DNA of 64,000 nt from Eledone cirrhosa (lineage: Eukaryota), in the NCBI GenBank assembly GCA_964016885.1, contig OZ024743.1:204910001-204974000 (forward strand), written 5' to 3'. Positions 1 through 9,355 of this stretch are shown one piece after another. The position numbers were made by a program, and so were the translations under genes. Within the stretch, counting starts at the first letter, position 1. Every line of letters begins with the position of its first letter. The notes under the pieces are model-generated. The model ran no database searches, was not told the origin of the DNA, and saw only the letters and a program-made list of their open reading frames with translations.

Positions 1-530
1 AATGTCATTTAAAATGCCATTAAAACCCTCACGGGGGGAAACGCAATTAAAAACACCATTAGAAATTTCATTAAAAACTCCATTAAAAATCATATTTAAA
101 GTCAATTAGAACCCTTATTATAAATTCCATTAAAACCCATTAAGTATCCAATTGAAAAATCCATTAAGAGCTCATTAAAAATACTCCATTAAAAACCCAA
201 TTAAAAATCATTAAAACGCATTTAAACACCATAAAAACACAATTAAAACGCCATTAAAAAGACCATTAAAAACTCCATTAAAACATCCTTGAATCTATTA
301 AAAATTTCATTAAAAACGCAATCAAAAATTCCATTAAAAACCCATTTAAAAACTCATAAACAACACCATTGAAAACCCAATTAAAAACTCCATAAAAAAC
401 CCATCAAACACCATCGAAAATCCCATTAAAATTCCATTAAAACACCATTAAAAAGCCATTAAAACCCAATTTTAAACGCAATTAAAAACTGAATTAAAAC
501 ACTATTAAAAACTCATAAAAAAGGCTCATA
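1..530 (+). repeat. Degenerate 10-13 bp minisatellite, A-rich polarity (CCATTAAAA-type); tail of the block
   Basis: Repeated CCATTAAAA(A), CAATTAAAA and CATAAAA monomers. Confidence 0.92.
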
Positions 531-994
531 AATAATGGGGTTTTCAATTGTTTTTTATGAAATTTATAATATGGCTTTTAATGAACTTTTTAATGGGCTT
601 TTAGTGGAGTTTTTAATGGATTTTTATGGAATTTTTAATGACATTATTAATGGTTTTTTAATTGGGCTTTTTGTGATGTTTTAATGGCGTTTTTATGACA
701 TTTTATTGTGTTTTGTGGCGTTTTAATGGCGTTTTAATTGGTTTGTTATTGGGTTTTTAATAGAGTTTTATGAACTTTTAATATGGGGTTAATGGGTTTT
801 GAATGTGTTTTCAATGGAACTTTTAATTGAGTTTTTAATGAAATTTCTAATGGGATGTGTAATTGAATTTTTAATTGGTTTTTAATGGGTTTAGTGGGTT
901 TATAGTGGAGTTTTTAATGGTGTTTTAATGGTGCTTCGATTGAGTTTTTAATTGAGTTTTTAATTGAGTTTTTACTGAGTTTTTAATTGAGTTC
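531..994 (-). repeat. Same minisatellite in opposite polarity (TTTTAATGG-type), block 1; present in every unit
   Basis: Abrupt switch at GGCTCATAAATAATGGGGTTTTC to TTTTAATGG / TTTTAATTG monomers. Confidence 0.92.
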
Positions 995-1252
995 TTATTT
1001 TATTTTATTTTATTTATTTTTTATATTTTATTTTTTTTTATTTTTTTTTATTTTATTTTTTTTTTATTTATTTTATTTTATTTTATTTTATTTTATTTTA
1101 TTTATTTTATTTTATTTTATTTATTTTATTTTATTTTATTTTATTTTATTTTATTTTATTTTATTTTATTTTATTTTATTTTTTATTTTATTTTATTTTA
1201 TTTTATTTTATTTTATTTTATTTTATTTTATTTTATTTTATTTTATTTTATT
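995..1252 (+). repeat. (TTTTA)n microsatellite; present in every unit
   Basis: Imperfect then pure TTTTA run, bounded on both sides by ATTGAGTT; also at ~7090-7374, ~13214-13549, ~19486-19735 and as (TAAAA)n in the inverted arm. Confidence 0.96.
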
Positions 1253-1287
1253 GAGTTTTTAATTTAGTTTATAATTTAGTTTATTTC

Positions 1288-1419
1288 TCCCTCTTCTCCC
1301 CCTACTGTCCTCTACAGCCAGATCTGCCTTTCTTTACCCCTCCCAAGTCTCTTCCCTCTTCTCCCCCTACTGTCCTCTACAGCCTGATCTGCCTTTCTTT
1401 ACCCCTCCCTAGTCTCTTC
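1288..1419 (+). repeat. 2x65 bp pyrimidine-rich direct repeat (F1)
   Basis: TCCCTCTTCTCCCCCTACTGTCCTCTACAGCC[A/T]GATCTGCCTTTCTTTACCCCTCCC[A/T]AGTCTCT twice, 2 mismatches. Confidence 0.95.
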
Positions 1420-1530
1420 ATTATTCAGTTTTGTTTTTATCTTTCTAAAACATCCTAGTTTTAATGAAATTAAAAGGAAATAGCAATCGCTATAAGTGTG
1501 CAAGCCAGCATGTAACTTCATGTGTGTGTG
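1420..1530. other. Complex (non-repetitive) segment A, once per unit
   Basis: ATTATTCAGTTTTG...GGAAATAGCAATCGCTATAAGTGTGCAAGCCAGCATGTAACTTCATG(TG)n; nearly invariant among units; identity unknown. Confidence 0.85.
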
Positions 1531-2178
1531 TTTTTAATGGAGTTTTTAATTGAGTTTTAATGGAGTTTTAATTGAGTTTATAATGGAGATTTAAATGGAA
1601 TTTTTAATTGAGTTTTAATGTAGTTTTAATGGTGTTTTATGCCGTTTTAATGGTATTTTAATGGGGTTTTTATTTGGTTTTTTATAAAGTTTTGGGTGCG
1701 CTTTTAATGGGGGTTTAATGGGTTTTCAGTGTAGTTTTTAATGACATTTTTAATGGTTTTCCAATGGAACCTTAGTGGTGTGTTAATGCAATTTTAATTG
1801 GTTTAATGGGCTTTTAATTGTGTTTTTAATGGTGTTTTAATTGAGTTTTTAATTGCGTTCTAATTGAGTTTTTATTTCGGTTTAAATTTGAGGTTTTAAT
1901 GTCTTTTCGAGGGGGGGGGTTTAATGGGTGTTTTAATGGAGTTTTAATGGGGACTTTTAATGGAAACTTTAATTTTGTTTTAATTGGGTTTTTATGGGTT
2001 TCCAATGTGGTTTTTAATGGCGCTTTTATTGGCATTCTTAATGATGTTTTAATTGTGTTTTAATGGGGGGTTTGGTTGGGGTTTTAATGGAGTGTTTTAT
2101 GAGCTTATAATGGGGTTTTTAATGGGTTTTTCAAAATAGATTTTTAATTGAATTTTTAATGTGGTTTTTAATGGGATT
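1531..2178 (-). repeat. TTTTAATGG-type minisatellite, block 2; present in every unit
   Basis: Same monomer family; contains a variable-length G homopolymer after TTTTCGA (~1911-1919). Confidence 0.92.
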
Positions 2179-2229
<51 letters not shown>

Positions 2230-2292
2230 GTGTGTGTGTATATATATATATATAGTATGTATGTATATATATATATATATATAGTGTGTGCG

Positions 2293-2322
<30 letters not shown>
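2179..2322. repeat. (TA)n zone with TAGTGTGT-type interruptions
   Basis: Read directly; length varies among units. Confidence 0.93.
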
Positions 2323-2324
<2 letters not shown>

Positions 2325-2718
2325 ACACAAATATTAGCATATACATATTTTCTTAGTAATTGAGGATGTGTTTTTTATACATACATATGCATATTGCATC
2401 CATACATACACACATACAAGCATATACATACACATACACACACATATATATACACACACTGTATATATATACATACACACACACACATATATATATATAC
2501 ACCACACACTATATATATATATAGTGTGTGTGTGTATATATATATGTGTGTGTGTGTGTATGTATATATATATATACAGTGTGTGTATATATGTGTGTGT
2601 GTATGTCTATGTATATGCTTGTATGTGTGTATGTATGTATGTATGCAATATGCATATGTATGTATAAAAACACATCCTCAATGACTAAGAAATTATGTAT
2701 ATGCTAATATTTGTGTTA
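2323..2718. repeat. 396 bp near-perfect palindrome / fold-back element (F1), MITE-like
   Basis: TAACACAAATATTAGCATATACATATTTTCTTAGTAATTGAGGATGTG... pairs with ...CACATCCTCAATGACTAAGAAATTATGTATATGCTAATATTTGTGTTA; axis in (TA)7 at ~2516. Confidence 0.95.
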
Positions 2719-2917
2719 GTGTCTATATAAATGTATGTATGTAGTATATGCAAGTGTTCGTGCAAATTGAAAATAGATTTAATAATTTTAATAATATCTA
2801 GAACAATGTGATCTAAAAAAAATATTTTTTAAGATACGAATATATCGTTGTCAGCTTAATATGGCACTAACGCAAAATATAAATCCCAGTTTATATATAG
2901 TGTGTAACATGAAAGTG

Positions 2918-2920
<3 letters not shown>
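2719..2920. other. Complex (non-repetitive) segment B, once per unit
   Basis: GTGTCTATATAAATG...GCAAGTGTTCGTGCAAATTG...GTCAGCTTAATATGGCACTAACGCAAAATATAAATCCCAG...CATGAAAGTGGAA; nearly invariant; identity unknown. Confidence 0.85.
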
Positions 2921-3000
<80 letters not shown>

Positions 3001-3188
3001 ATATATATATATATATATATATATTTAATATATATATATATATATATATATATTTAATATATATATATATATATATATTTAATATATATATATATATATA
3101 TATATTTAATATATATATATATATATATATTTAATATATATATATATATATATATATTTAATATATATATATATATATATATATTTAA

Positions 3189-3219
<31 letters not shown>

Positions 3220-3223
3220 TTAA
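2921..3223. repeat. Compound microsatellite [(TA)n TTTAA]m
   Basis: (TA)n runs separated by TTTAA; about 245-400 bp depending on the unit. Confidence 0.95.
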
Positions 3224-3356
3224 TACACATATATATGTGTAAATATATATATACACATATATATGTGTAAATATATATATACACATATATATATACACAT
3301 ATATATGTGTAAATATATATATATACATATATATGTATGTATATATATATATATAT
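3224..3356. repeat. Three 18 bp palindromes TACACATATATATGTGTA on a ~28 bp period, then (TA)n
   Basis: Read directly; three clean 28 bp repeats in F3 (~15635-15720), and an extra partial copy in the other units. Confidence 0.88.
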
Positions 3357-6300
3357 AAACACCATTAAAAACTCCATTGAAAAGCTCATAAAAACTCATT
3401 AAAAACCCAATAAAAAGCACACTAAACCACCATTAAAAGCTACATCCGAAACCCATTAAAAACTATATTAAAACACCATTAAAATTCCATTAAAACCACA
3501 TTAAAATCCATTAAAAATCCAATTAAAAACAGTAAAAACTTAATTGTAAACGTAATCGAAAGCGCAAGTAAAACAACATTAAAACCATTTAACACCCCAT
3601 TAAAACCCACAAAAATACCACCAGAACCCATTAAAATCCCATAACCGCCATTAAAATGCCATTAAAAATATTATCAAAAACTTCATTTAAAACACACTGG
3701 AAACCCATTAAACTTCATAATTCTCGTTAAAAAAAATCCATTAAAAACTCAATCAAAAACCCAATTAAAAGGCCATAAAAGAAACATTAAAACAGCATTT
3801 AAAATACCATTAAAAACGCCATAAAAAACATTAAAATCCCATTAAAAATACATTAAAGGCCCATTAAAAATTCCACTAAAAACCTCATTGAAAACCCCAT
3901 TTAAAACCTAATTAGAAGCTCATAAAAACTCCCAAAACCCAATAAAAAAACCATTAAAACGTCATTAAAACGTCATAAAACGCTATTAAAACGTCATTAA
4001 AAATGTCATTAAAAACTCCATTGATAACTCAATTAAAAACTGCATTTTACCCCCCTCCTCCCCCATTAAAAACACATTAAACACTCCATTAAAATTACCA
4101 TTAAAAACCAATTAAATACTCCATTAAACACTATATTAAAACCGCAATTATAAATTCTTTAAAAATCCAATTAAAAACCATATTATAAACTCCATTAAAA
4201 ATCCAATTAAAAACCCTACTGAAAATCCCATTATAAAATTACATAAAAAACCCATAATAATAATCCTTTAAAAAACCAATTAAAAATCCTATTAAAACGC
4301 CATAAAAAACACCATTAAAACGTCATTAAAAATACAATTGAAAACACCATTAAAAAATACATTGCAAATTCCATTAAAAGACCCATTAAAAACTCCATTA
4401 AAAACACCACTAAAAAGCCCATTAAAAAGCTCATAAAACCCATTAAAATACAATTAATAACCAATTAACACTCCATTAAAAACCATTACAACCGTCATTA
4501 AAATGCCATAAAATACCATTAAAACGCCATTAAGAACGCCATTAAAATCGTCATTAAAAACCTCATTAAAAACTACATTAAAACTTCATTAAAAACTCCA
4601 TTAAAACCTCCATTATAAACTCTATTAAACTCCATTAAAAACTCAATTAAATCCCCCATTAAACCCCCATTAAGCCCCATTAAAAGCCCCTGAAAAATGC
4701 AACTAAAAACCAATTTTAAAACCCCATTAAAACACAATTAAAAGTCCATTGGAAACCCCCATTAAAATTCCATTAAAAATTCATTAAAAACTTAGTAAAA
4801 ACTCGATTTTATACTCAATTAAAAAGGTAATTGAAAACTCAATTAGCACACCATTAAAAACTCATTAAAAAGCCCATAAAAACTCCATAAAAAATCTAAT
4901 TGAAAAACATTAAAAATTCAGTTAAAAACCTGATTGAAAACCCCAATAAAAGTTCATTAAAAAAACTCCATTAAAAAATCAATCAAAACCCCATTAAAAT
5001 AACATTGAAACTTATCGAAGCGTCATTAAGGATACAATTAAAAAACACCATTAAAACGGCATTGAAAACCCATTATAAAAAATTAAAGGATCCGTAAAAA
5101 ACACCATTATAAATCCATTAAAAACCTAATTGAAAAACCCATTAAAACTCAATTTTTAAACTAGATTAAAAACGCAATTAAAAACGCAATTAAAAGCTCA
5201 ATGAAAAACCATTAAAAACACCATTAAAAACTCTTAAAAAAAGAGCACTAGCCATTAAAACTCCATTAAAACACATTGAAACCTACTACCCCCATTAAAC
5301 CCCATTAAAATTGCATTAAACACATTACACATCCATTAAAGCCCATTAGAAGGACCATCAAATATTTAAATTTAAACTAAATCAGAAACTCGCTTAAAAC
5401 ACCATTAAAAACACATGAAAATGTCACTAATACCATTAACAACCACACCAAAAACTCCATTAATATACCATTAAAAACCGCATTGAAAACCCATAAAATC
5501 CCAAGTAAAGATCTTTTAAAAAACTACATTAAAAACCCAATTAAAAAACCCATTAAAACGCCATAAAAGTCATTAAAACGTCATTTAAAGTACCATTAAA
5601 AACGTCACTAGAAACCCAATTAAAAACACATTAAAAATTCCATTTGAAACCATATTAAAAATTTCATTAAATGCAATATTGAAAAACCCATTAAAAACAC
5701 CAGTGAAAACTCATATAAATACTCAATTAAAAAACCAATTAAAAATCCTATTTAAACGTCACTAAAACACCATAAAAAACACAATTAAAACATCATTAAA
5801 ACACCATTAAACTATCATTAAAAATTACATTGAAAACACCATTAAAAATTCAATTAAAACCCCATTAAAAATCCATTAAAAAGATCATCATGAACGCACT
5901 TAAACACCATCAAAAACGCATTAAAAATTAAATTAAAAAGCAATTAATTTTTTTTATCAAACCCCCATTAAAATTCCATTAAACACTCCATTAAAAACAA
6001 CATTGAAAACCCCCATTAAAAGCTCATACAAAATTATATTAAAAACCCAATAAAAAACAATTACAACGCCATTAAAACATCATAAAAACTCATTAAAATG
6101 TCATTTAAAATGCCATTAAAACCCTCACGGGGGGGAACGCAATTAAAAACACCATTAGAAATTTCATTAAAAACTCCATTAAATATCATATTTAAAGTCA
6201 ATTAGAACCCTTATTATAAATTCCATTAAAACCCATTAAGTATCCAATTGAAAAATCCATTAAGAGCTCATTAAAAATACTCCATTAAAAACCCAATTAA

Positions 6301-6626
6301 AAATCATTAAAACGCATTTAAACACCATAAAAACACAATTAAAACGCCATTAAAAAGACCATTAAAAACTCCATTAAAACATCCTTGAATCTATTAAAAA
6401 TTTCATTAAAAACGCAATCAAAAATTTCATTAAAAACCCATTTAAAAACTCATAAACAACACCATTGAAAACCCAATTAAAAACTCCATAAAAAACCCAT
6501 TAAACACCATCGAAAATCACATTAAAATTCCATTAAAACACCAATAAAAAGCCATTAAAACCCAATTTTAAACGCAATTAAAAACTGAATTAAAACACTA
6601 TTAAAAACTCATAAAAAAGGCTCATA
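3357..6626 (+). repeat. Long A-rich (CCATTAAAA-type) minisatellite block, ~3.27 kb; present in every complete unit
   Basis: Continuous degenerate 10-13 bp monomers from TAAACACCATTAAAAACTCC to the polarity switch GGCTCATAAATAATGGGG. Confidence 0.93.
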
Positions 6627-7382
6627 AATAATGGGGTTTTCAATTGTTTTTTATGAAATTTATAATATGGCTTTTAATGAACTTTTTAATGGGCTTTTAG
6701 TGGAGTTTTAATGGATTTTTATGGAATTTTTAATGACATTATTAATGGTTTTATAATTGGGCTTTTTGTGATGTTTTAATGGCGTTTTTATGACATTTTA
6801 TTGTGTTTTGTGGCGTTTTAATGGCGTTTTAATTGGTTTGTTATTGGGTTTTTAATAGAGTTTTATGAACTTTTAATATGGGGTTAATGGGTTTTGAATG
6901 TGTTTTCAATGGAACTTTTAATTGAGTTTTTAATGAAATTTCTAATGGGATGTGTAATTGAATTTTTAATTGGTTTTTAATGGGTTTAGTGGGTTTATAG
7001 TGGAGTTTTTAATGGTGTTTTAATGGTGCTTCGATTGAGTTTTTAATTGAGTTTTTAATTGAGTTTTTACTGAGTTTTTAATTGAGTTCTTATTTTATTT
7101 TATTTTATTTATTTTTTATATTTAATTTTTTTTTATTTTTTTTTATTTTATTTTATTTTTATTTATTTTATTTTATTTTATTTTATTTTATTTTATTTAT
7201 TTTATTTTATTTATATTTTTTAGTTTTTTTTATTTTATTTTATTTTATTTTTTTTTATTTTATTTTATTTTATTTTATTTTATTTTATTTTATTTTATTT
7301 TATTTTATTTTATTTTATTTTATTTTATTTTATTTTATTTTATTTTATTTTATTTTATTTTATTTTATTTTATTGAGTTTTT

Positions 7383-7430
7383 AATTTAGTTTATAATTTA
7401 GTTTATAACTTAGTTTATAATTTAGTTTAT
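7383..7430 (+). repeat. 12 bp tandem repeat (AATTTAGTTTAT)x4; only x2 in unit F1 at 1261-1284
   Basis: AATTTAGTTTAT AATTTAGTTTAT AACTTAGTTTAT AATTTAGTTTAT read directly. Confidence 0.9.
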
Positions 7431-7433
7431 TTC

Positions 7434-7565
7434 TCCCTCTTCTCCCCCTACTGTCCTCTACAGCCAGATCTGCCTTTCTTTACCCCTCCCAAGTCTCTTC
7501 CCTCTTCTCCCCCTACTGTCCTCTACAGCCTGATCTGCCTTTCTTTACCCCTCCCTAGTCTCTTC
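7434..7565 (+). repeat. 2x65 bp direct repeat (F2)
   Basis: Same sequence as in F1. Confidence 0.95.
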
Positions 7566-8323
7566 ATTATTCAGTTTTGTTTTTATCTTTCTAAAACATC
7601 CTAGTTTTAATGAAATTAAAAGGAAATAGCAATCGCTATAAGTGTGCAAGCCAGCATGTAACTTCATGTGTGTGTGTTTTTAATGGAGTTTTTAATTGAG
7701 TTTTAATGGAGTTTTAATTGAGTTTATAATGGAGATTTAAATGGAATTTTTAATTGAGTTTTAATGTAGTTTTAATGGTGTTTTATGCCGTTTTAATGGT
7801 ATTTTAATGGGGTTTTTATTTGGTTTTTTATAAAGTTTTGGGTGCGCTTTTAATAGGGGTTTAATGGGTTTTCAGTGTAGTTTTTAATGACATTTTTAAT
7901 GGTTTTCCAATGGAACCTTAGTGGTGTGTTAATGCAATTTTAATTGGATTAATGGGCTTTTAATTGTGTTTTTAATGGTGTTTTAATTGAGATTTTAATT
8001 GCGTTTTAATTGAGTTTTTATTTCGGTTTAAATTTGAGGTTTTAATGTCTTTTCGAGGGGGGGGGTTAATGGGGGTTTTAATGGAGTTTTAATGGGGACT
8101 TTTAATGGAAACTTTAATTTTGTTTTAATTGGGTTTTTATGGGTTTCCAATGTGGTTTTTAATGGCGCTTTTATTGGCATTCTTAATGATGTTTTAATTG
8201 TGTTTTAATGGGGGGTTTGGTTGGGGTTTTAATGGAGTGTTTTATGAGCTTATAATGGGGTTTTTAATGGGTTTTTCAAAATAGATTTTTAATTGAATTT
8301 TTAATGTGGTTTTTAATGGGATT

Positions 8324-8398
<75 letters not shown>

Positions 8399-8453
8399 GT
8401 GTGTGTGTATATATATATATATAGTGTGTATGTATATATATATAGTGTGTGCG

Positions 8454-8483
<30 letters not shown>

Positions 8484-8485
<2 letters not shown>

Positions 8486-8879
8486 ACACAAATATTAGCA
8501 TATACATATTTTCTTAGTAATTGAGGATGTGTTTTTTATACATACATATGCATATTGCATCCATACATACACACATACAAGCATATACATACACATACAC
8601 ACACATATATATACACACACTGTATATATATACATACACACACACACATATATATATATACACCACACACTATATATATATATAGTGTGTGTGTGTATAT
8701 ATATATGTGTGTGTGTGTGTATGTATATATATATATACAGTGTGTGTATATGTGTGTGTGTGTATGTCTATGTATATGCTTGTATGTGTGTATGTATGTA
8801 TGTATACAATATGCATATGTATGTATAAAAACACATCCTCAATGACTAAGAAATTATGTATATGCTAATATTTGTGTTA
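8484..8879. repeat. 396 bp palindrome (F2)
   Basis: Same termini as in F1. Confidence 0.95.
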
Positions 8880-9078
8880 GTGTCTATATAAATGTATGTA
8901 TGTAGTATATGCAAGTGTTCGTGCAAATTGAAAATAGATTTAATAATTTTAATAATATCTAGAACAATGTGATCTAAAAAAAATATTTTTTAAGATACGA
9001 ATATATCGTTGTCAGCTTAATATGGCACTAACGCAAAATATAAATCCCAGTTTATATATAGTGTGTAACATGAAAGTG

Positions 9079-9135
<57 letters not shown>

Positions 9136-9289
9136 ATATATATATATATATATATATATATTTAATATATATATATATATATATATTTAATATATATATA
9201 TATATATATATATATTTAATATATATATATATATATATTTAATATATATATATATATATATATATTTAATATATATATATATATATATA

Positions 9290-9355
<66 letters not shown>

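Larger units (their letters stand above)
1..6096 (+). repeat. Macrosatellite unit F1 (phase set arbitrarily by window start)
   Basis: Landmark to landmark, 6096 bp. Confidence 0.95.

Noticed and set aside
1-530. Abundant TTAA as piggyBac target-site duplications
   Set aside because: TTAA is part of the monomer; no piggyBac-type termini or transposase seen.
987-1262. FILFY-rich ORFs (also 7082, 22417, 58824)
   Set aside because: Translations of (TTTTA)n, which lacks stops in these frames; TTG starts; length differs among units.
1826-2035. 69 aa Pro/Lys-rich ORF MPIKAPLK (also 14147)
   Set aside because: Chance open frame in the minisatellite; depends on G-homopolymer length and is absent from most units.
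2368-2684. Recurrent 99 aa and 96 aa His/Thr/Tyr/Cys/Val ORFs in every unit
   Set aside because: Translations of CA/TA/TG repeats in the palindrome, open in several frames; GTG/TTG starts; frameshifted in R1. Conservation reflects unit identity, not coding constraint.
3054-3420. YIYI-rich ORFs (up to 176 aa at 62888)
   Set aside because: (TA)n translations whose length varies with tract slippage.
3357-6626. CRISPR-like or iteron-like repeat-spacer pattern
   Set aside because: Monomers are 10-13 bp and degenerate, with no constant 23-47 bp repeat, no unique spacers and no cas or rep genes; the context looks eukaryotic.
7383-7430. Telomere-like TTAG-containing repeats
   Set aside because: The unit is AATTTAGTTTAT, without the G-rich TTAGG(G) pattern, and has only 2-4 copies.
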